From Octopus sinensis (lineage: Eukaryota), in assembly GCF_006345805.1 (NCBI RefSeq), contig NC_043006.1, positions 36,580,001-36,644,000 on the forward strand: 64,000 bases of DNA, in the 5' to 3' direction. How positions within the stretch are numbered: the first letter of the stretch is position 1; each line of letters opens with the position of its first letter. Position numbers and translations under genes: made by a program. Of this stretch, positions 40,301-52,300 are shown one piece after another. The notes under the pieces were generated by a model. That model did no database searches and was not told the origin of the DNA. It was given only the letters and a program-made list of their open reading frames with translations.

Positions 40301-43300
40301 TAATATATAATTAATATATACATAACATCATCATCTACATTAGTTTTCTTATTTAACCTTTTGATCATGTGTATTCATATATCCAGTCAACTATCTCTTT
40401 TTACTTATTTAACTTTCTATTTTCCTGTTTATATGTATATATATATTGATTTATCTTTGCATATCTCCAACCATCCAGTGATGCAACGAGTTTATATTTC
40501 ACTGCATATTTAAGAGTGTGTATATTGTATGTTTATGTATAAGTGTGTGAAGGCACGTGACTTAGTGGTTAGGATATTTGGTTGCAAGTTCACTTCCTGG
40601 TGGCATGTTGTGTCCTTGAGCAAGGCACTTTATTTCACGTTGCTCCAGTCCACTCATCTGGCAAAAATTAGTTGCACTTGTATTTCAAAGAGCCAACCTT
40701 GTCACACTGAATCTCTCTGAGAAGTATGTATAGGGATACGTGTCTGTGTGGAGTGCTCAGCCACTTGCACATTAATCTCGCAAGCAAGCTGTTCCATTGA
40801 TTGGATCAACCGGAACTCTCATCGTCGCAAGCAACAGAGTGCCAGTATAAGTGTAGTCAAAAATTTCCTTTATCTATGCATGAGTGTATATGTCCTAGAA
40901 ACTTTCCTTTGCCTGTGCTATGGATGCTGAGCACCTTTGATTATTTTTTCCTACTCTAAGCACAAGGCCCTAAATTTGGGGGGAAGGGGCCAGTTGATTA
41001 GATCAACCCCAGTACACAATTGGTACTTAATTCATTGATCCCAAAAGGATAAAAGGCAAAGTCGATTTTGGTAGAATTTGAACTCAGAATGTAAAGACAG
41101 ACGAAATACCACTAAGCATTTCGCCTGGTGTGCTAATGTTTCTGCCGGCTCGCCGCCTTTGATTATTGATCCACAATAGTATTTAGTTTTGGTGTGCTGG
41201 AGTTTCTCTTTTACCATTACACAAAGTTAAAATCTCTTCATGAGTAAACTCTTACTGTCACCTTAATACTCAACTTTGCCTGACACCACCTCCTTTGAAG
41301 TGTTGGCACAATACCTGTAATATGCCCTGATAATTATGTTAAAGGTACACGTCCATGGAGTATTCAGCCACATAAACATTAATACAAGAGTAGGTGATTC
41401 AATTTGACTAAACAGACAAATGCACATTTTCAAATGATGGGGAACCATTCATCCATACTGAACTAATGAGGTAGACCTTTATATGGTCTCTTGACCTGCT
41501 AGAAATATCAGCCAAATATCCTTCAAATCATACTCTACAATCTTTAAAAAAGGAGACATTGGCTGATACTAAAAACACTGTCCACGGAAATAAAGATGAA
41601 CGTTGATCATAGGTCTCCTGAACGGAGACTGATCTTGACAATGTGCATTCAATTTGTTCAGTCAACTGAATAACCTACTGCTGTATCAATGTGTAAGTGC
41701 TTGAGTACTCCACAGACTTGTATGCACTTAGCAGAATTAGCATGGTACAGTCTTCTTTACAGTTTCCACCTCCCTAATTTCACTCGACCCAACCAAGGCT
41801 TATAGAAATTGACATTTGCCAACTGAGATCTTACTCAAGATTTCATGATTGACCTTCTTAACCATTTGGCTATATTGTGTGTATGGTTCAGTGTGTGTGT
41901 GTACGTGTGTGAAATATCTACCCTAACTCATGTAGTTCCATCCTCTGTGTAGTGTATCCAATGCTAGAGACAATGTTCTCTTCTCTCATTCTTTCAATTT
42001 TTAATTTCATTAATAATTTTTTTTCTTTTGTTAATCTCTTAATTTTCTGTTTGCATGTATTTTTCTTTTTTGTTTTTATTGAAAATCTTTTATTTTAGGG
42101 GTGGGGTATTCTTTTCTTTATTTTCAAACTTTCTTTATTTTCCATCTTCAGGATTTCATATTTTCTCTATGACTCTGACACTGACTCAGATGGGTAAATA
42201 ATTTTCTGTGGCATGCATATATATATATATATCCACAATTTTTTTAATTTTTTGTTTCCATTTTCTTTCATTTTCTAGTTGCTGCTGTTTCACTCTAGTT
42301 GTCTCCCTTGTACAGAAAGGGGGCCACCCAACCCTCAGTTCTTTTTTTCACTTATCTCCTTTCCCATGCAATGGATCGCCTAAACAACACCTAATCCTGA
42401 GCTGTTCATCACAGTGTGCGAGTGACTGTGTGTGTGTGTTTGCAAGAGATTGTAGCACTGCTCTGATTCCACCTGGCTGGCCACATTCTCTCTCTCAAGC
42501 CTATCTACAGCACCTGAAAACAGTCACAAATCAGATACCATCTGTCAATAGGTATAAAAGATCACTTGGCAGCAGACATTCCAAGATGATCTGAAGACAG
42601 TCAACATTACATGGAATGAATGTGCAAGAGCAGCAGCCAACCAGTAGAGGAAGCCTGCTGCCCAATACGCTCAACAGTGCAGGAGGATCATCGCCATCAT
42701 CATTTATCGTCCGTTGTCCATGCTGGCATGGGTTGGATGGTTTGACCAGGGGTGGCAAGCTGGAAGGCTGCACCAGACTCCAGTATGATTTGGCATAGTT
42801 TTCTGCAGCTAGGTGCCCTTCCTAATACCAACCACTCTGAGAATGTAATGGGTGCTTTTACATGCCACCGGCTTGGTTGCTAAAAGCTAAAGTCTGTTTG
42901 AATGTGCAAGTATATTTTTTGGCATGAAAGAGTGTGTATGAGAATATAGAATGTGTGCTTTGTATTAGGATACATTAGTTTATGGAGAAGGTCACAATGC
43001 CTATAACCTTTCTAGAGTCTTCTATAGCAGGGAGAGAAATAGAACTGGGTGGAGTTAGTGTAGTCATCGTTGATCAAGTAAAGTGATTGAAACAGCATTT
43101 AGATAAGTTGAGAGAGTGATTTCAGTAGGTAGAAATTCTAAAAGGAAGAATTTGTTAACATAGTCATGCCATTGAGAACATTGACCAGTTGTGGACTAGC
43201 AAGTGAGAGATAAGTGGTTCACACCCTGTCAACATCTGTATGTTGAGACATAGAAGTCTCAAATGGGCCAATCCACTTAACTGAAAATAGGTACTATGTT

Positions 43301-46300
43301 GGAACAACTCATTGCAACAACACAGATAATTTGCTTCCTTGCAAGGCTTAAAAAGTTAGGGATTCCACCCATCCGAGTTTCTCCAGATACACTACGGAAA
43401 GATTATGTACCAAGTCATATTCAATGGATTAAGGGATTCTTTAATGCATTGACCTTGAATCCAGGGTATAAATCTTTGCTTTCACTATTAAACTTATCAA
43501 TGATATTCTGTATTTTTTATTGATTAACACTTCCAGAAAGAGGAGAGGGTTGCAGCTTAACTCTCGGTTAGTCCTGACTTAAAAGATCTGCATTCAAAGT
43601 TGTTCCGGCCATGACCACTCTTGGGCATTGCATATTAGGATTACAGTATCTAATGTGCCCCCCGCCCTACTTCAAGATGAAACAGTGTAATTTGAAGAAA
43701 ATTTGTTTGCTATTACAAGATGGTAGTAGTAGTTGTTACTAGACCATCTTCAGTTGTGATAGAGTAAGTTCTGCAATCTGAGCAAACTGGTGATGATACG
43801 AGTCAGAAACTACTAGTCATCCATATGAGAATTTGTAGATTGCTTCTCTAAGTTTAATTTCTGAGGTGAATGAAAGTGCTGATGTCTTGGGCTCTTACCC
43901 ATTCATCTCATACTGAGGAAGGCAAGAATAAATGTTGTCATCTGAGTAGAGGTTCAATAAAATTCCACAACACAACTTTTTCTGTCTTCCCTTCTCTCAT
44001 ATGAAAGGCAAGGGCTTTCACTTCATTCCTCATCACAAATTCATTGAACTCTCTTATCCATTACTATTGAAAGGTAGTTCATAATTTTACACAGATTATA
44101 CTCAAATAGTCCAATAAAGAACAAGTTTGTTTACTAACACAATACATTTCAAACCATTATCCACAAGGCTTCTCTGTAGCTTTCACTACAAAACTGAACA
44201 CTATTTTTCACTCCACTTTCATCCATTCTTTTTACCTTCATGCTTTGCATTTCACAGATGACGACAGGTCCCACTTTTAGCTATTCACCTATCAAAGAAG
44301 AGTAAATTCTGTGCTGCTCTGTCTTGTCTGTTTTGATTTTCACTTCAGCAAGGAGAATTATCAATTTCACACCACTCTGCACTAAATTCACATCTCTCCT
44401 GCTACCCTCTGTCAGGCTCTACACGCATGCACACACACACTTATCAAAAGAAAGGATCAAAAGTCCTTCACAAACCAGAAGTTCAAGGGGCCAGTTTCTC
44501 CACATTCTATGGCATATATATTCCCCCACTGGACAGGATGCCAGTCCATTGCACAATTACTCAATTTTGCAAGCTGAGTGGACTGGAGCAATATGAAATA
44601 AGCTAGTCCCCACCCCACCCCAAGAACATGGTACATTGGCTGGTCCAAGCATCAAAACCACAATCTTACAGTCATAAGTACAATATTCTAACCACTGAGC
44701 CACATTTCTCCTCCTCACACATTTTACATATGTCTATTATATGTTGCTCAAATGTATGTCCTGTATGACTTGGCTGCCATTTTGTGTTCTACAAATTGAT
44801 AGTAAAAACAAAACCAAATTGAGAAATGTTCGATTACTAAGAGGTGAGATTAAGATATAATATTCTGGGCAAAACATTTCATTTCCTTATAGTAACCACA
44901 AAATAGATCTCTTGCTTCGATTCATATTGTATTGCCTCTTGTTGTCACAAACCACCACTAGTTATTGTTGTTGTCTTGATGTTTACTCTTCATCAGTCAC
45001 TTATGATCAATTGTATTTAAACTGTAACAGTCCCATCTTATAAACTTAGGGCTACATTATTGAATTTACTCTTCTTTTTTAAGATAGCAATAGGTTAAAA
45101 TTTGAGGGTGATTTGGTTACTATTTCTAGCAGGTTGACTAATCTCATTTTCCGTGGATTGTGACATTTTTATTTCACTAAAAATGAAATGACACTATATA
45201 AATTTCTCTTTAAAAAAAAAAAAAAATTAAAAAAAAACAGAACATATTTGGGCTCACATGTGACATAAACATACACAGACAATACAGGCAATTAGGGTTT
45301 AATTTTCATCTGCAAATATGAAAATTGAGAAGTAAAATAATCTAACTATAGACAATTTCATGATACAGCTATGTAATTTTGAAACAGTTTTTAAAAAGTC
45401 ACTGGCACATAGGTTTGCTCATTGGCTCAACCTGATTCTCCTTCAAGTTATCATATTGTATAGATTTATTTACAACTGTACACAAGCTGCTGGAATGAAT
45501 GTTTAGACAAAATGATGGCCTTTTAAATACCAAAATTACTCAGAGCCAGAAACAGATCTGCAACAAGTATCAAGATGAAGTTATTTAGCCCATACACAGA
45601 CTATAGTTTTCTTTAAATATGCTTGTATATGTATGTGCATATACAGGGTGTGTGTAAACATGCGCCATAGACACATAGTCAAGTGGTTAAGAAATTTGTT
45701 TCCCAGTCAAACAGTTCCAGGTTTGATCCAACACAAGGATATTTTGGTCAAGTTTCATTTATCATAACCTCTGATTGACCCATGACTGTCCTAAATTTCC
45801 TGTCTGTTATTGATTAGGGCCATATGGATTAGAATAGACTTGCAAAGCTCAAATTTCAACACTGCATTAGTTGTTGTGTTGAGCAAACAACTGGGACCAT
45901 CATTTGCAAGATCCATTGATATGCAAATATCTGTGTGCTTCTTTAAAGCGAAATGTATGTTGTCTGTCAACAGATGTTACTGCTCGTTCTGTATGGAAGA
46001 CTGGTTCACAATACAAAAGGAACGTAAAATTGCAGTAAATATAAACTGCATTCAACACTTTGAAAATATTGAAATTTATCAATAACTATCATTTAACTAT
46101 CATCACAATTGAAAAAAACAGGTGGTAAAAATAGGGAAAATAGCTAGTCATACATTTGACATGGACACACATCTTTCTCGTTTCTGTTACATAATCATAA
46201 AAAGTAAAATGTTAATGTCTGAAAAATAAAAGATAAATTTTTTTTCTTTATACATGTGATTAGCATTTATTTGAATGTATTTTGTTCACTCTTAACTATT

Positions 46301-49300
46301 GAACCGACCAATAACTAAAAGAAATTGGTTTGCTTTGTATATATATATATATGTGTGTGTGATCATTGTTCTATAACAATGTTTCTGTATAACTGATATA
46401 CATTTTCGTATAAACTATAATCCACTTAGTGTTGAACTGAGTTAGGCTTTCTATTTCATATCCAAAACCACAGATTATTTTCAAAATTTTGTAAAATAAG
46501 AAGTATTTTGCTTAATCAGTGAGAACAAGTCTGAATATCCTAACTGCAGCAGTCTAGAACAGGCCATAAGCAATCAAACAAGAAATATTATTAAAATAGT
46601 GACACCTAATTCTTTGGTGGTTTGGAATGGAGAGGAATGACAGTAGAGAAGCAAAAAGGAAATTGAAGAACTGGAAAGGACTAAAGACCATGTTTCAAAT
46701 ATACAATCAGAAAGTTATTCTCTCAAGTTTTTCCCAAATATTTAGTATTGTTATTGAAAGTTTGCTCTCATTTCTTCCTTTTATTTCAGGATAATGCATG
46801 GGCCTACTAGTTTGGACCTTCCAAATAGGGGTCTTGTTCAAGATGGTGCAAAATGTGGGGAAGGCCGCATCTGTCTGAATAAACTATGCACTTCTTTCTC
46901 AGAACTTAAGAGTGTCCCTTGCCCTGGGGAAGACATAGGTCAACCCTGTTCAGGAAATGGGGTAAGTCATGGAAATTCTATTTAATTCAATATGTATATA
47001 TATGTGTGTGTGTGTGCGCATGCATGCACATATTTTAGAGTTGATTTAATCAACTATATCCCTTCCAAAAACATGTAGCAGGTTTTCTTGAGTTGAAAAA
47101 CTAATGGGTAGTGCTATCTTAAGGGCTAGTTCAGAGGCCCAATACTCATCTGTGTATGCTGTGAATTGCTGTCAATAAATAAATTCTACACGTCCCAATG
47201 CATTTCTTCATAATAAACTTCTCATATTATAATCAATGGAATTTAGTTCATTAACTGATCCATAAGTTAAAGCTGATACTACAAAAGTATTGATGGTACA
47301 GGTATTGTTGCTGCTGATGAGGAAACTTTTTAATATTTTTATTATGACTCTATTAAGGTATTTTTTCTCATTCTTGATGGGACACCTTTCACATATACTG
47401 TTTTATTCTTATCTATGCCTAACTATTTGCAGAATGTAGAATTGTCCAGCTCCTATATTACCTCCACTTATTGGAATTCCAAATCATTTAGTCTGCATCA
47501 TTTTTTTGTCAGACTCTTAAACTTCTTAAAGTGAAATGTCTTTGCCAAACTGCAAGAAAATATCAAGGTATCTATGACACCAAGGGCCATTTGTCATACA
47601 CAAGTTTAGGTCATCCATAAAGAGAAGATGGTGGGTGAACCTGGTCCTCTTTGTTCCTTTAGTTTTTCAAATTGGCTTTTTCATGAGCCAACTTAAGGGT
47701 AACAAACATAGGGTTAAAGACCAGAAATATTGTTCCCTTGAAATATTTTGAATATTCTTGTGAGGTTGGATCTTACAGTCATGTTGTTCTTGATTGCTGA
47801 AAAAACTGTCTGCAACTGCTTTTATAAAGTTTACCATATCATCAGCATCAAATTGAAGCAGTTCCAATATTTTGCTAAGTCAGTTATGAGGGACCAGATG
47901 AAAAACTTCCTTGTTTTCAATCCAAGTCTATGACAATTTTCCTTTTTCTTCACATCATCCAGTACCCATATTGTTACATACTGTAAAGTGGGTGGCACTA
48001 GGAAGGACATCCAACCTTAAAAATTATGTCAAAGCAGGCACTGGAGCACAATGCAATCCTTGGGGCCCCTCAGATCTTGTCAAACTGTCCAGCCCATGCC
48101 AGTATGGAATATGGACATTAAATGACAGTGATGATGATGACTTATTTTTCTTTTATTTTGCTTCTTTTTTTTATTTTCATTCCAGGTATGCACCACATTC
48201 TCAACTTGTTTCTGTGATGCTGGTTGGGGAGGGGAACTATGTGATGAGGTGGTCAACAAAACCACTTTCTTGCAAATCAGTGCAACAACTGTGTCCCAAA
48301 ATTCCTCTTTTCAATCAAATCTACCCACTACACCTGCTTCCGCTTTGTCTACAGTTACAGGACCACTCCAAGCTGTAATTAAAGGTAAGTAGCCATGTCT
48401 CTAGTATTAACATCTTGGTCCCAACTGATATTTATCTTGCAGGTCTATTGTGATCAAATAGATCTATTATCAAAAGTAATCCAGATATGACCATCATGTC
48501 TTTTTGGGAATATGTAAGACTTCATTATTTAATACATTTCTTTCAAGACAGTACTGTGTCATTTATGGGAGATGTGGTTGTTATTTCTAGTGACCACATG
48601 GAGACTTCTGATCTCAACAGTATGTTGTTTAGCTTCAAATTAACCCTGTTTAGGCAGACTTATGATTGAAGGTATTCCAACTGTAACCATCCTGCCTTTT
48701 TAGAAGTATGTAGACTAATATCTAATGTGTGCCATTTTTTTTAAGGTGGTAGGATGTTATTTAAAAGATATGTGACTGTTATTTCTAACAGCCCAAGCAT
48801 CAACATGGAGGCTTCTTTGTTGGCCTGAAAGCAGTTTGTAAACTGTTGGCAGGTAAAATAGATTTGTAGTCATTGCTGGGGATTATTTATATTATGGCCA
48901 TGATTGTGTTGTAAGCCAATCTAAATTAATTAGCAACGGTACTAATGATAATAATAAACATCTTTAAACAACCCTTATTCAGGGACCTTTCGAGTGGGAC
49001 AGGCTACTTGACCTGAAGAAAATTCTAACTGGGTCCCCACCTGCAAGGTCATGTGCTGTTTATCTGTGCCTGGTGTGCCTTATCAGACAGGTAGTCATGA
49101 TGGATGTACTAGGTTTCATATATTTTACCCCAGTGTTACACAATAATAATAATAATAATAGTAATAATGGTTTCGAATTTTGGCATACAGGCAGCAACTT
49201 TAAGGGAGGAGAGGTAATTCAATTACATTGCCCCCCCCCTCCCTCCAAGTGCTCAACAGGTACTTATTTCATTGACTTTGAAAGGAAGGAATTTGAGGTT

Positions 49301-52300
49301 AGCCTCAGTGGAATTTGAACTCAGAACGAAAAGATGGAGGAAAAGCAGCTAAGCATGTTGTTTGGTATGCTAATGATTCTACCAGCTCCTCCTCTTTGTC
49401 CTCTATGTGTGTGTATTTATGCACATACACACACACACTTGAATTCTTTTGGGCTGCTGTACATAAAGTTTCTATTGCATGGACGTTAGAATAAATTTAC
49501 GCTAAACGCAATGGAGTGCTTGTCTGAATCCCTACTTTCATAGTTTTGAAAATTAATACATGATGCTAGATTTATTCATATTTATATATTTTTAACTTTC
49601 ACTTTCTTTTTTTGTTTTTCTTTTTAGCCGAATCAGCGGAATTTAACACAGTTTGGCTGATTATAATCCTGATATCCGTGGTTGGAGGGCTTGTTTTTCT
49701 CATGGCCATCACTATGTTCTGTTATCGGTAATTATTGATCTGTTGATTCATTTCTCAATTGGCATCATCTTTCTCTGTTGTTTCCTTCAGCCATTTCATG
49801 TCATGTGACTAACTAGATTCTGATTTTCATTGTCATACACTTCTACACATCTACGCACATTTCCATGTGTAGCTACCCTCCCATACATGAACACCCCATC
49901 CTACCTCCTTCTTTGCTTTCTTCCTAAGTCTTTCCCATTGAAATTCGCTCCCACCTGACCCCTAAATCCTTTTTTTTTTTCTCCTTTTCTTTCTCACCAC
50001 CTTTCCTCTTATTTTCCTTATTTGTGATAAAGGACTAGTATCTGAAATGTTAGAGATTTTTTTCCTTGTCTCTCCCCCCCCCCACCATCACTTGACAATC
50101 GACACTGGTGTGTGTTTACATCCTCATAGCTTAGCGGTTTGGCCAAAGAGAACGATAGACTCAGTACTATGCTTACAAAGAATAAGTCCTGGGGTCAATT
50201 TGTTTGGCTAAAGGTGGTGCTCCAGCATGGCCAGTCAAATGATTGAAACAAATAAAGAATAACAGTACCTTTATTAAAACCTGCCCCTCTCATCTTGTCT
50301 TTTTCTTGTTTTTGCTCTTTACCTCATATATAAATTTTTTGCTTGTTTAGACGAAGAAGTCCTCAAAAGTTGCCAACTACCGGTAAGATGGGGTTCCTGG
50401 CCAATCACAGTGGGAAAAAATCGAACCTTTCAGGACCAAGTGTTGGTCCGAAACAGTCAAGAATTATCAGTTTTGGGTCCCTGCCATCTTACAGGTAATT
50501 ATATACAATTATTTGAAATATGTTTAATCTCCTGCAGATCCAACATTGGAATCTTATCAGCTGTTGTTATCTAATCCCAAATCATCTTTAATCCCACAAA
50601 CCAATGATCAAATACATTCTTGTCATGGTCATCCCATCATTCTCAACTCAGGACCACATTATCTTATGTGTTCCATTCTAGTAAGATAGGGAGAGGTGGA
50701 ATGACTGCAAAAAGAGGGTTTTTTTTCCATTAGTCTACCAGTTTTGAAATTGTCAGTCTCATATGTACACAACAAAATGTCTGTAGTAGGTTTAAACTGA
50801 CAATCTAAGAACACACAGACCTGCCTAATGCTTTCTCTGCTCAGGATTGAACTGACATGAAATGGCAATCTATAAGCTGCCTAGTCTTGGTTTGAACTGA
50901 CATTGAACTGTTGATCTATGATCTGGTACTCCTGACTTGAACTAATGTTCAGCTCCCACATAAAACTCTTGGATGGCTTTTGCTGATAGTCCACACTGTT
51001 GCAAGCATTCTAACGATAACCTTCTTCCTTCGTCTTATTAGTCTCAAAGACCTTGTGAATGTTCATAAACACTCTACATCATTCTCTAAGCCATAAAACA
51101 TAATTTAATAAGTACAGGCATGGTTATGTGGTTAAGAAGATTGGTTGGCAACTACATACTTTTGAGTTCAATTTCACTGTACTGCACTTTGGGAAAGTGT
51201 CTTCAATTACAACTTCAGGCCATCTAAAGCCTTGTGAGTAGATTTGTGAGACAGAAAAGCAAACAAGCTTGTCATACACACACACATACACGTTTATGTA
51301 TGTTTGCATCTCCTTATCTTAATATAACGTGCTAATTGTAAATAAACGCCACCACCATATATGAGGTGTCATTCATTTGCTATCTCTCGTGTACATTTGT
51401 GCTGTACTTGTTGAAAATAAAGGACTAAGTGAAATCTAACTTGGAAACAGGGGAGTGTTGAAGACAGGAAGCTGTAGAAAATCTGCCTCAACAAATTCCA
51501 TCTGACCCAAGCAAGCATGGAAAAGCAAATGTTAAAATGAAGATGATGAGATCTCTCTATTTATATATAACAACAGTCAGTATTTGTAAAGCTGCCATTA
51601 TTAGTCACCTGTAAGACTAATGAATACGGTGAATAATGAATAAATAATGACCCTTGAGATATTTCTTCACAGAACTTACTTCAGTATCTACTGTACTGTT
51701 GACCTTTTCATTATTTATTAATTATTTATTTTTTGACTTTTCACATTTGACTAACAAGCTGTTAGAAATATGAAGAATTAATAAAGTAACAGTATTTTTT
51801 TTTATAAAGAATTTGTTAGGGTGTCTGTGTTGAGAGACTATGAAATATGAACTGCTGGAACACTAAAAGAGGAATTTTTAAAACAGAAAAAGAATTAAGG
51901 CAAGACATCATTGCCATAGTTGTGGTGGTGGTGATGTTGTTGTTTAGTTATAGATCAGTGCTGATCCAGTTGAACTATAATACAAAAGGTATTACCAGCT
52001 GTGTATGACCATGTCATCTTTTTCATTAATGTTGTATCTAGGACTACACTAACCAATGTGTCCTTCATTTTTTTCAAGGAAATAGAATGATATTTGAGGG
52101 AGATTTGGGTGCTATTTTTAGCAGGCCAGGTAGAAAATATGGAATAATGCATTTATAACTAACTGTTCTTTATCTTATCACCATCTGGAATAATTTTTTT
52201 CACCTTGTACCAACAAGGAAGCCTCTGTGTTGTTGTTTGACCTGCTAGAAATAGCAGCCAAATCAACCCCAAATTGCATCCAACCATCTTAAGGATATAT

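Noticed and set aside
43000-43520. Possible very old CR1/I-type LINE remnant on the minus strand
   Set aside because: Motif similarity is too weak to call without a profile search.
47314-47326. CTGATGAGGAAAC hammerhead-like core
   Set aside because: No stem II and no flanking stems I or III.
48180-48192. AG|GTATGC recursive-splice-like junction at exon 19
   Set aside because: Explained by a Val codon in the conserved EGF G-V-C motif; skipping the exon would frameshift.
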